From: Candidatus Bathyarchaeia archaeon
Lineage (GTDB): Archaea > Thermoproteota > Bathyarchaeia > Bathyarchaeales > Bathycorpusculaceae
Reading direction: 5' to 3'
Assembly: GCA_038727135.1 (NCBI GenBank)
Contig: JAVYWL010000003.1
Span: 96,001-160,000, forward strand
Length of the DNA: 64,000 bases
Below are positions 37,570 through 46,591 of the stretch, in pieces. Both the position numbers and the translations under genes were made by a program. The notes under the pieces were generated by a model that ran no database searches, was not told the origin of the DNA, and saw nothing but the letters and a program-made list of their open reading frames with translations. Numbering within the stretch: the first letter of the stretch is position 1; each line of letters begins with the position of its first letter.

Positions 37570-38700
37570 TTAGGCTGTGCCTTTCAGTAGTTCTGGATGC
37601 TTCTTATAGAACTCTATTAGGAATTGCATCATGTCTGTTTTCTTTAAGGTCTCGATTATTGTTAGGGCTTCTTCATATCTTTTCTGCATTTGGTTGAGTT
37701 GGTTTCTTAGTTTCTCGATTTCGGCTCTCTGTTCTTCTATTAGCCTTTCAACGTGTGTGGGTTGGTATAGCCTTAGGCTTTCATATCCTTTCTTGTATAG
37801 TTGCCTATGATATTCTGGGTCTGTGCTTAGGTAGTGGGTTGCTGTGCTTGTGTGTCCCATCCAAAACTCAACGTAGGCTGAGTCTATTGCTGAAGCCATA
37901 AACTTGCGGAAAGCCTTTCTTAGGCAGTAGAGCCTTAAAGGTTTAGGCTTTTTGCCTTGAGCCTCGACAAGCTTGAGCTTCTTGACGTAAACGTTGAACC
38001 TTTGGCTCATGGCTTGAGCCGTGAGCTTCTGGTTTGCAGGCTTCTCAGTTACAAAAACATAATCATCATCCTTTAAAGGCAACCTATGAGCCAGATAGGT
38101 CTTTAAAGCCTTAACTCCATCCTCGCCTATAAAAGTCCACCTTTGGCTAACCCTACACTTCAAAATGTCTGGAGTCAAGTCTATACGCATGGGAACGTTG
38201 CCAAAATCGTTTTTGATATGCTTCCACTTCAAATTAGCCAAGGTTTCAGGTCTCATTCCACTTTCATAAAGGATAAGCCAAATCGCCCTATCCCTAACAT
38301 CTGAGTTATCCAGAATAAGCCTAAGCTCATCCTTAGTTATGTCCCTGTTATGATAAACAATATACGGATACCTAATCCTTAAAGGCTTAGCTGGAATGTC
38401 AAAGGCATGGAGAAAACTCATTATGGTGCTCATTCTCCGCTTAACACTTAAAGGTGTAAGCCTACCCTTCAACAAGGCAAAATAATCCCTAAGAACATCG
38501 TTAAGCTCATCCAAAAACCTCTCCCTAGAGGCTTCACCATTATATTTGGCTTCCCTCCATTTCTGAGGCAAAACCTTAACATCTAAACCATAATTCTCAA
38601 AAACCCACCTCTCAAACTCCAAAATGTCTTGACGATAACGCCTCTTAGTGTTCTCGCTCTCCGTAACTTGGCTAAGCCAAACCTCATAAACGTCCCGCAT
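37570..38700 (-). CDS. Tyrosine integrase with C-terminal coiled coil (ATG at 38700; the frame is open to a TTG at 38793)
   Basis: ESGMRPETL, LYCLRKAF, WMGH, THY. GGAGG RBS and TTTATATA lie upstream of the ATG at 38700. Confidence 0.9.
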   Translation of the reverse strand: MRDVYEVWLSQVTESENTKRRYRQDILEFERWVFENYGLDVKVLPQKWREAKYNGEASRERFLDELNDVLRDYFALLKGRLTPLSVKRRMSTIMSFLHAFDIPAKPLRIRYPYIVYHNRDITKDELRLILDNSDVRDRAIWLILYESGMRPETLANLKWKHIKNDFGNVPMRIDLTPDILKCRVSQRWTFIGEDGVKALKTYLAHRLPLKDDDYVFVTEKPANQKLTAQAMSQRFNVYVKKLKLVEAQGKKPKPLRLYCLRKAFRKFMASAIDSAYVEFWMGHTSTATHYLSTDPEYHRQLYKKGYESLRLYQPTHVERLIEEQRAEIEKLRNQLNQMQKRYEEALTIIETLKKTDMMQFLIEFYKKHPELLKGTA

Positions 38701-38787
38701 AAGGCTTAACCCCTCCGAAAATAGCTTAAGAAGGCTCCCCCTATATAAATCTTCACTATATTGTGAAAATTCCTCGATCTCTTCATC

Positions 38788-38830
38788 GTCCAAAATAACA
38801 AAGTGTTAACGAAATTATTTATGTTTTTCA
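38788..38830 (-). promoter_or_regulatory. Displaced host promoter and 5' stem arm of the C/D sRNA
   Basis: BRE/TATA-like GAAAAACATAAATA lies about 20-25 nt upstream of ATTTTGGAC, the exact complement of the GTCCAAAAT that follows box D at 34362-34370. Confidence 0.65.
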
Positions 38831-38839
38831 AAACGTTTT

Positions 38840-39367
38840 ATGTGTGGAAGGTGCGGAAAATCTTTGGAAGGAAGCCATATTAAAAATTATCGTTTAAGGC
38901 TTGAGAACGCCTCGAGTTATAGTGACATATGGGAGGTTGTTAAGGACACTGTTGCCTTTTCCTTAAACCAGCGGAGGGCTGGAATAATGCTTTTCCTTGA
39001 CGACTTGCCCATACAGTTGGGAGCTTACCACCCCATTGGAACAAACAACATTGTTTTGAACAGCATCCTTGTTAGGGCTGTTGAAGCCTCTACAAATTCG
39101 AAGCGTGTTGTAAACGCCTTAATCTATAATCTGCTTCTCCACGAATATCTCCATGCCTTAGGGCATGTCTCGGAATTGAAGGTTAGGCAGCTGGTATATT
39201 ATATTGCAAGAGAGTGCTTTGGCGAGGAACACATAGCCACAGCCATAGCCAAAAGCAGCCCGTGGGCTTTGCTGAAGAGCATACCCCTGGACAAGGCATT
39301 TCACGCCAGACGAGTCATGGAAATTGTTAAGGACTTTGAGAAGACGGACCAAAAATACATAGTTTAG
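38840..39367 (+). CDS. Hypothetical HExxH zincin-like protein
   Basis: LLHEYLHALG. Confidence 0.7.
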   Translation: MCGRCGKSLEGSHIKNYRLRLENASSYSDIWEVVKDTVAFSLNQRRAGIMLFLDDLPIQLGAYHPIGTNNIVLNSILVRAVEASTNSKRVVNALIYNLLLHEYLHALGHVSELKVRQLVYYIARECFGEEHIATAIAKSSPWALLKSIPLDKAFHARRVMEIVKDFEKTDQKYIV

Positions 39368-39385
39368 GAAGGGCGAATGCAAATT

Positions 39386-40219
39386 ATGTGCGGCATATTT
39401 GGCTACATACTGAAAAAGCCGATAGAAGTCGCATACGCCTTAAAAGTTCTTCAGAAACTTGAGAGGCATCAATACCCAAACGAGCCAAAACCCGTTGGGG
39501 GCTACGGTGCCGGAATAGCCATCTTCACAAGCTCTGGAATGGTGTTGCTTGAAAAAGTTGGAAAGGTTGATGGTCCACCAGCGGAACACTTGGCTAAAAC
39601 ATGCAAGTTTGACACAGCATCGGTTTTGATTGGACATGTGCGGTTGCCAAGCCCATGGTTTATGGAAACAGCCCATTTTAGGGAGACAGCCCAACCATAT
39701 GTTGTGCAGTGTTTTTCTGGCTTAACGGTGATTTCAGCCCACAACGGAAACGTGACAAACTATAAGGCTATTCGAGAAAGGCTTAGCGGAAAACACCTTT
39801 TCGAGTCCGAGAGAGCTGAGCTTATAGACTCCGAAGTTATACCACACTTGTTTGAAGAGCTTCTACTCGAGAAAGGCTGCCCAGAAGAAGCCCTAAACAC
39901 GCTTTACTTAGCCGTAGATGGACCAAACACCATAAGCCTCCTTCAAATCGAGAAAGGGCGAACGCTTCTACATTTCCTTCATAAGGGGAAGACGAGAGGC
40001 TTAACTATATGGAAAAATAGGAGAGGCGAAGTTATTTTCTGTTCGAGAAAAGAACCGTTGATGGAAACGCTGGGCTTTTTCCTTGATAAAGGCAATTTTG
40101 TGGAGCATTTGTCCATCCCGCATGACAAAGAGGGAAACTTTAAAGTAACCTTCACTTTTAGTCTAAGGGAAAAGCTATTAGGACGGAGCCAAAAATGTTC
40201 AGAGAAATGTCACAGTTGA
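39386..40219 (+). CDS. Class II (Ntn) glutamine amidotransferase domain protein
   Basis: MCGIFG start, GHVR, HNG, IDSEV. Confidence 0.8.
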   Translation: MCGIFGYILKKPIEVAYALKVLQKLERHQYPNEPKPVGGYGAGIAIFTSSGMVLLEKVGKVDGPPAEHLAKTCKFDTASVLIGHVRLPSPWFMETAHFRETAQPYVVQCFSGLTVISAHNGNVTNYKAIRERLSGKHLFESERAELIDSEVIPHLFEELLLEKGCPEEALNTLYLAVDGPNTISLLQIEKGRTLLHFLHKGKTRGLTIWKNRRGEVIFCSRKEPLMETLGFFLDKGNFVEHLSIPHDKEGNFKVTFTFSLREKLLGRSQKCSEKCHS

Positions 40220-40758
40220 ACAAATATTTACGTCAAGACGAGAAGATTTTATGGAGCGGCAAGCCAGAAATCGTACCCTTCATATTTTCGGGGTATGCGG
40301 GTTTTTCCCTCTTCGGGTTTGTCTGGCTTATTTTTGTACTCATCATGATTATGTCGGTGCCCGTAACTGGCGCGCCATCTCCATTCATGTTTTTTGCAGC
40401 GTTCTTTATCCTATCCGGATTATGCATAATTATAGGTCCACTAACAGCTGAGCTTTTGAGGTACAGAAACACTGAATACGCGATCACAAATCAACGGCTC
40501 ATAGCACAAACAGGGGTCATAGGACTAGACACAAGATTCGTTGAACTAGACAAAATCCAAGAAGTTTACGTGACTGTCGGTTTGCTGGATAAAATTTATG
40601 GAACTGGGTCAATCATTGCAGTTACTGCTGGCTATGTTCCAGTTGGAACCCCAAGCCCTCATGGAGTATTAGTGCGTCCAGCGTTTAGGGCTATAAAAAA
40701 CCCATACGAGGTTCAGAGGCTTCTCCAAGAAGCCATAAGGGGAAGGAGCAGCCCCTAA
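40207..40758 (+). CDS. Membrane protein with bacterial-type PH domain
   Basis: EKILWSGKP, two TMs, YAITNQRL, YGTGSI. Confidence 0.75.
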   Translation: MSQLNKYLRQDEKILWSGKPEIVPFIFSGYAGFSLFGFVWLIFVLIMIMSVPVTGAPSPFMFFAAFFILSGLCIIIGPLTAELLRYRNTEYAITNQRLIAQTGVIGLDTRFVELDKIQEVYVTVGLLDKIYGTGSIIAVTAGYVPVGTPSPHGVLVRPAFRAIKNPYEVQRLLQEAIRGRSSP

Positions 40759-40776
40759 AAGCCCAGCAAAGGATAA

Positions 40777-43722
40777 GTGAATGAGACGGTCAAAAAGTAT
40801 TGGCGAAACAAGATAATGAAGGAAACCGTCGACCAAGATGTTTTCAAACTTCTCGCCAAGCCAATTCAAGAGGGGCTGGCTGAGCTTGGTTTTTCAAAGC
40901 CTACTTTACCACAAGTTTTGGCTGTCCCCCATATTCTAGCCGGAGAAAATGTTCTTTTGATTGCGCCAACTGGAAGCGGCAAAACAGAAGCTGTCCTTCT
41001 GCCAGTTTTCTCAAACTTTATTCAGCATAAGGAAAAGAAGGGCATAGGGATTGTTTATGTCACGCCTTTAAGGGCTTTAAACCGTGACCTTTTAAAGCGC
41101 CTATCTTTTTGGGCTTCAAGACTCGACATAACCGTCGAGGTTAGGCATGGCGACACGGAGCTGAGGCTACGGAGAAAGCAAGCCATTTCGCCGCCCAACA
41201 TGCTTGTAACAACGCCGGAAACTCTTCAGGCGGTTCTTTCAGGCGCCCGCATGAAGGAACACTTGAGACATGTTAGGTGGGTGGTTATAGACGAGGTGCA
41301 TGAACTTGCCTCCAGCAAGCGTGGAACCCAATTGACGGTGGCTCTTGAACGCCTATGCGATATTGCTGGTAAAGAGTTTCAGAGGATAGGCTTATCAGCC
41401 ACTGTTGGAAATCCGGGGAGGGTTGCCCAATTCATAGCTGGAACAAACAGAAACATAAGAGTTGTTCAAGCTTCACTTTCTAAAGGCTATAGGTACACTG
41501 TTGAGTATCCAGCGCCAACAGAAGCCGATTACGAGTTAGCTGGGAAGATTGGCATTTCGCCAGAAGGCGCCGCCAGAATAAGGCGCATAGCCGAGCTTAT
41601 TGACAGCCACAAGTCCACGCTCATATTTGTGAACAGCAGAACAGTGGCAGAAATGCTTGGGCATCGCTTCACCCAGCTTGGAAGAGGCGACATAGCCGTT
41701 CATCATGGCTCCTTGTCGAAGGAGGAACGCATCCAAATTGAGGACGACTTTAAGGCTGGAGTTTTGAAGGCTATAATTTGCACGAGCACATTGGAGCTTG
41801 GCATAGACATAGGAAGCGTAGACCTAGTCATCCAATACCTTTCGCCGAGGCAAGTTTCCAGCCTAATCCAAAGGGTTGGAAGAAGCGGACACCGCTTGGA
41901 TATGCTCTCCGAAGGCGTGATAGTTACAGCTTTTCCAGACGACTTGCTGGAGTCTTTGGCTGCTGTTAAAAGCGCCTGCCATGGCAGAATTGAGCCGGTT
42001 TTAATTCATGAAAATGCCTTGGACGTTTTAGCTCATCAAGTTGCTGGCATACTTATGGACAAGGAGAGCATAACCATAGACGAACTTTTGGCTTTGCTCC
42101 GAAGGGCCTACCCATATAGGCGTCTTACTAAACAAAAACTTTTGAGGGTAGTACACTTTTTAGCCAGCCTCAACCAATTAAAATTTGACGAGGAAAAGGT
42201 TTTGAGGAAAACGCGGAAGATAAGGGACTACTACTACGAGAACCTCTCAATGATTCCGGATGAGAGACGCTACCCAATAATAAACATTCTAACAGATAGA
42301 CGAATCGGCACACTTGGCGACGAATTTATGGCTTTAAAAGCCCGAGTAGGCTTAAATATCATCGTCCGCGGAAAAGTTTGGCGCATAGTTCAGATTGAGG
42401 ATGAAACTGGCACAGTTTATGTAGTTCCATCTGAAGAGCCGTTTGCCGCCATCCCAGGATGGGATGGTGAAATGCTGCCGGTTCCCTTCGATCTAGCCCA
42501 AGAAACTGGAAGACTACGCCAAGAAATTGGCGAACTGCTGAAAACTTTTGAAAACGCCGACGTAGTGGCGGAAAAGGTTGCTGAGAAGTTCAACATAAAC
42601 AGGGAGATGCTAAACGAGGTTGTTAGGGAGATCGAGGAGCATATAAGGCAAGGAGCACCCTTGCCAACACATAACCACATTCTCATCGAGGCGTTTGACA
42701 AGTATTTGGTGGTGCACGCTTGTTTCGGCGAGATTGTAAACAGCACCCTTGGAGGCATTTTCGACGCGATACTTTCAGACAAAGAGCTTATTGTTGGCTG
42801 GTGGAACGACGGCTACCGCATACTAATTGAGGCCCCGCGAAAAATCTCGCCAATAGAAGTTGAGAAGATGCCAGAAACGCTTTTCAGCTTAAATGATGAG
42901 CAAGTTGAAGAAGCCTTCAAGGATTATTTGGAGGCAAAGTTCCCATACGCTTACAAAATGAAGTTCGTGGCTGAAAGGTTCGGCGCCCTCCCAAGGGGAA
43001 AAACTATGGGTCCAAAGAGGCAGAACCAACTGCCAGCCATTTTCAAGGGAACACCAATTTATGATGAGACTTTAAGGGAAGCTATGCTCGAGAAAGCCGA
43101 CCTAGAAAAAGTTAAGGAAATTATGCGAAATATTAAACGTGGAAAAATTAAGGTTAGTACACTGTATAGGGCGGAAAATCCAACACCACTAGCCTACCAT
43201 ATTTTGGCTAAGTATGGCGACGTTTCAGAGCTTATGGCTCCGGAGCGCATCCTACTAAGCAACATCGAAAAGATGAAAAGGGCAATAGATGCGAAGATGG
43301 CGGCGCTAATGTGTATCGAATGCGGAGAATTATCTGAAAAGAAGGTTAAAGAATGGCCAGACCACCCCACATGTGGAAAATGCGGTTCAAGGCTTTTGGC
43401 ATTGCTGCATCCAGGTCAAGAGGCGAAACGTCTCCAAGAGATACTAGGTAAAAGGCGCATGGGCAAAAGCCTAACAGAGGAAGAGCTTAAGAAGATAGCC
43501 CATGCAAGGCGCACAGCCGACCTGATTCTAAGCTATGGAAAGAAGGCGATAATAGCCCTAAAAGTTAAAGGTGTAGGGCCAGAAACAGCCTTCAGAATTC
43601 TCTGTAAAATGCACCCCAGCGAAGGGGAGTTCTACATGGACCTTTTAAAGGCGAAAATCCAATACTTGAAGACAAGGGAGTTCTGGGAAGACAAAGAAAA
43701 CCGTTTAAAAACCTTCACCTAG
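40777..43722 (+). CDS. Lhr-family SF2 helicase
   Basis: APTGSGKT, DEVH, SAT, HHGSLS, QRVGRSGH; C-terminal Zn finger and HhH. Confidence 0.9.
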   Translation: MNETVKKYWRNKIMKETVDQDVFKLLAKPIQEGLAELGFSKPTLPQVLAVPHILAGENVLLIAPTGSGKTEAVLLPVFSNFIQHKEKKGIGIVYVTPLRALNRDLLKRLSFWASRLDITVEVRHGDTELRLRRKQAISPPNMLVTTPETLQAVLSGARMKEHLRHVRWVVIDEVHELASSKRGTQLTVALERLCDIAGKEFQRIGLSATVGNPGRVAQFIAGTNRNIRVVQASLSKGYRYTVEYPAPTEADYELAGKIGISPEGAARIRRIAELIDSHKSTLIFVNSRTVAEMLGHRFTQLGRGDIAVHHGSLSKEERIQIEDDFKAGVLKAIICTSTLELGIDIGSVDLVIQYLSPRQVSSLIQRVGRSGHRLDMLSEGVIVTAFPDDLLESLAAVKSACHGRIEPVLIHENALDVLAHQVAGILMDKESITIDELLALLRRAYPYRRLTKQKLLRVVHFLASLNQLKFDEEKVLRKTRKIRDYYYENLSMIPDERRYPIINILTDRRIGTLGDEFMALKARVGLNIIVRGKVWRIVQIEDETGTVYVVPSEEPFAAIPGWDGEMLPVPFDLAQETGRLRQEIGELLKTFENADVVAEKVAEKFNINREMLNEVVREIEEHIRQGAPLPTHNHILIEAFDKYLVVHACFGEIVNSTLGGIFDAILSDKELIVGWWNDGYRILIEAPRKISPIEVEKMPETLFSLNDEQVEEAFKDYLEAKFPYAYKMKFVAERFGALPRGKTMGPKRQNQLPAIFKGTPIYDETLREAMLEKADLEKVKEIMRNIKRGKIKVSTLYRAENPTPLAYHILAKYGDVSELMAPERILLSNIEKMKRAIDAKMAALMCIECGELSEKKVKEWPDHPTCGKCGSRLLALLHPGQEAKRLQEILGKRRMGKSLTEEELKKIAHARRTADLILSYGKKAIIALKVKGVGPETAFRILCKMHPSEGEFYMDLLKAKIQYLKTREFWEDKENRLKTFT

Positions 43723-43743
43723 AAGCTTGGCAGGTGAAAAATC

Positions 43744-45045
43744 TTGACTGGAAACAGCTCTCAACGTGGAGAACTTAAGCCAACCCTAGGATTGTTTGAT
43801 GCTACAGCCATAAGCATAGGCGCCATAGTGGGAGCCGGCATATATGTTGTTACTGGTATAGCGGCTGCCCTTGCAGGTCCAGCCTTAATTGTTTCCATGC
43901 TTTTGGCTGCAGCCATATCTATGCTTACAGCTATGAGTTTTGCTGAGTTGACAGCTTGGAAGCCTATAGAGGGAAGCATTTACGAGTATTCTTACCAACT
44001 AATTTCGCCTCTTGCAGGATTCCTAACTGGTTGGATGTGGGTTATATCTAACACTTTTGCCGGCGCAGCCGTCTCCTTAGGCTTTGCAAGCTATTTATGC
44101 ACTCTTTTCCCGACATTACCGCCAAACGTTGTGGCGGCTGTTTTCTGCTTCCTTTTCACGGTGCTCAACTTTTTGGGGATGCGCCAATCAGCCCTCCTAA
44201 ACAATGTGCTTGTGGCGGCTAAACTCTCCATTTTAGGATTCTTCGTGGTTTATGGATTCCTTTACATGAATCCTTCGAACCTTGCACCTTTTAACCCCTT
44301 TCAAATGGGAGTTTTGTCCGGCGCATTTTACATTTTCTTTGCTTATGGCGGATTTGCAAGAGTCGCCGTAGTGGCAGAGGAGGTTAAAGATGCTAGAAGA
44401 AACGTGCCTAGAGCTATCATGCTTTCCTTGGCTATATCAACAGTGATTTACATCCTAGTTGGTTTTGTGGCTGTTGGACTTGTAGGTGCTTCAAAGCTTG
44501 CTGGCTCAAACTCGCCGCTTGCAGAGGCTATAGGCGTTACTGGAAACGCTGTTGCAGTCTACATGGTTTCAGCTGGCGGCTTAATTGCAACAGCAAGTGT
44601 TTTGCTAACAGCCATTTTGGGGGTTTCCCGCATGGCATTCGCCATGGCAAGGAGAAAAGATTTACCCAAAACCCTAAGTAGTCTCCATCCAAAATATAAC
44701 ACGCCATATCTCTCCATATGGATTGCGGGCGCCGCCATGACACTGCTTGTTCTCTTCGTGGACATAGCGCGAGTTGTAGCTATAAGCAATTTCGCACTGC
44801 TCTTCTATTATACGTTGGCTAACGTTTCAGCATTAAGGCTAAAGGCGCACAATAGAATGTACCCAAAAACAGCGCCATTTCTAGGGGCAATCTCGTGCAT
44901 AACCCTTTTAATCTTCACGCTTTTTACTTTGCCCCAAGCATGGATTTTGGGCGTTGCAACTCTGGCCGTCGGCGTCGTCTACTTCTGGCTTAAAAATCTT
45001 AAAGCGCGGCTACTTATGAGAGCCATGGATTCTGAAAAACTCTAA
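43744..45045 (+). CDS. APC-family amino acid permease
   Basis: IVGAGIY, FFAYGGF, AEEVKD; about 12 TMs. Confidence 0.88.
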   Translation: MTGNSSQRGELKPTLGLFDATAISIGAIVGAGIYVVTGIAAALAGPALIVSMLLAAAISMLTAMSFAELTAWKPIEGSIYEYSYQLISPLAGFLTGWMWVISNTFAGAAVSLGFASYLCTLFPTLPPNVVAAVFCFLFTVLNFLGMRQSALLNNVLVAAKLSILGFFVVYGFLYMNPSNLAPFNPFQMGVLSGAFYIFFAYGGFARVAVVAEEVKDARRNVPRAIMLSLAISTVIYILVGFVAVGLVGASKLAGSNSPLAEAIGVTGNAVAVYMVSAGGLIATASVLLTAILGVSRMAFAMARRKDLPKTLSSLHPKYNTPYLSIWIAGAAMTLLVLFVDIARVVAISNFALLFYYTLANVSALRLKAHNRMYPKTAPFLGAISCITLLIFTLFTLPQAWILGVATLAVGVVYFWLKNLKARLLMRAMDSEKL

Positions 45046-45604
45046 CGGGTTTTCCCGTTTCCCGCTCATAGTCGCCAACATAGTACCCTTTCACAATTTC
45101 TTTAAGGGCGTTCGGCTTCAACAAAACTTCTCCGTTAATCGCGATTATTAGTTCTCCAAAAGCCCTATCAACCCCCATTCTAAAAACTTCACCCTTTCCT
45201 ACGGAAGCACTGTTTTTGATGACTCTGCCTTTAATGTTAGGCCATTTTCTCCGACATTTTTGGATTGTTGCCCATGCAATTTCGTATGTGTAGTCGCTGC
45301 TTCCATCATCAACAACCAAGATTTCACAAAAGTTCGGGTACTGCGCCGCACTTTTTAAAAGGCTCTCTATAAGTTCTGAGACTTTTCTCTCTTTGTTGTA
45401 GACTGGAACAATTATGGAGACAGATGGGTAACGTACCCTTTTACACAGCACATTGTTTCCGCATAGTTTTCCTTGCATTAGAATCGCCGGCCCTCTCCTT
45501 TCCCGTACACTTCTTAGCCCCTTTTCAAAATAAAGCATGTATTCCCGATCGAAAATATATCGGAGAAAACTATAGCTTAAACGCTGACGGCGGAGACATA
45601 TCAA
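45014..45604 (-). CDS. Short or degenerate family 2 glycosyltransferase
   Basis: VSIIVPVYN and VVDDGSSD present; the DxD position reads INGE and the ORF ends soon after. Confidence 0.6.
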   Translation of the reverse strand: MICLRRQRLSYSFLRYIFDREYMLYFEKGLRSVRERRGPAILMQGKLCGNNVLCKRVRYPSVSIIVPVYNKERKVSELIESLLKSAAQYPNFCEILVVDDGSSDYTYEIAWATIQKCRRKWPNIKGRVIKNSASVGKGEVFRMGVDRAFGELIIAINGEVLLKPNALKEIVKGYYVGDYERETGKPVRVFQNPWLS

Positions 45605-45660
45605 AAGTTAAGAAGACATAAATACCGCTCGTACAACGTTTCTGATTCCGAGGATAAATC

Positions 45661-46491
45661 ATGGAAGACCTATCGCGTTACTACGCGCTCTTAAAAGACC
45701 CAGCGAGGCGAAAAATAATTGAGATTTTGGGCACTCAAGAGAAAGTGGGGTTTAAGGAACTACGCGAAGCCTTAGGCTTAGGCGTCGGCACCGTCTATTA
45801 CCATCTTGACATGCTTTCAGACTTTCTCGAACAAGACAAGCAACGCAAGTATAGGTTGAACTCGAAGGGACAAATGCTCTACAAAGTCCTAAAGGAGGGA
45901 AGCATACCGGCAAACCTCGGAATAAGCGAAACCCTAAGCAGCCGTGCAGCCAAATGGCTTTTTCTTTCGCCTCTCTTCGCCCAAACAATAAAGCCTTTAA
46001 GGCTTATGCCCTTATCTTTAGCAATCCTCTTTTTAGGAGCTTATGGAGCAGCCGCCGCAAGACTTGAACCAGCCCTATTCTTCTATTTTGAATACTCCAC
46101 CCGCAGTTCAACAAGCACCACTGCGCTATTCATATTCAACTGGATAGGGCTATTCCTATTCACAGAAGCTTTAGCCCTCTCACTTTTCAAACGCGCGGGA
46201 AACGAATTACAACTCTTCACATGTATTGGGCTGGCAGCTCTCCCCCTGGCAGTTTTCCCATACATATACATGGCTGTTCCAGAAATCCTAAGCGGATTCA
46301 ACCTATACTATACGGAAATTGAAATGATAAGGCAAGCTATATTGATAATTCTGCAGATTTGGAGTCTATTACTTGTTTCTGCGGCGGTCTGCCATGGAAA
46401 GGGCTTAAGGCTTGACAAAGGCATTATCATAAGCCTAACAGCCATATACCTAAACATAGCCGCCCTCTTCATACTCGGACGCTTCACGTAA
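45661..46491 (+). CDS. ArsR-like wHTH fused to a membrane domain
   Basis: LKDPARRKII...GTVYYHL followed by several TMs. Confidence 0.75.
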   Translation: MEDLSRYYALLKDPARRKIIEILGTQEKVGFKELREALGLGVGTVYYHLDMLSDFLEQDKQRKYRLNSKGQMLYKVLKEGSIPANLGISETLSSRAAKWLFLSPLFAQTIKPLRLMPLSLAILFLGAYGAAAARLEPALFFYFEYSTRSSTSTTALFIFNWIGLFLFTEALALSLFKRAGNELQLFTCIGLAALPLAVFPYIYMAVPEILSGFNLYYTEIEMIRQAILIILQIWSLLLVSAAVCHGKGLRLDKGIIISLTAIYLNIAALFILGRFT

Positions 46492-46591
46492 AAGTTCTAT
46501 AATTCTAGAACTCTTGATAGGCGGAGTTCGGGTTTTTTGGAAGCGGTTTTCTTAATAAGCCGTTTTGCATAGTCTTTTTCGGTGAAAAGGC

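Larger units (their letters stand above)
34417..38789. mobile_element. 4.4-kb integrative element with tyrosine integrase, inserted in a C/D sRNA gene
   Basis: Terminal direct repeats CCTCGATgTCaTCATCGT (34406-34423) and CCTCGATcTCtTCATCGT (38772-38789), with an identical 7-bp core TCATCGT. The integrase sits at the right end; cargo is small RHH and Cys-rich ORFs; base composition is distinct. Confidence 0.82.

Noticed and set aside
37570-38700. Calling the element recombinase a protelomerase because of the palindrome
   Set aside because: Its motifs look like a standard integrase and flanking att sites are present. Hairpin resolution remains only a testable idea.
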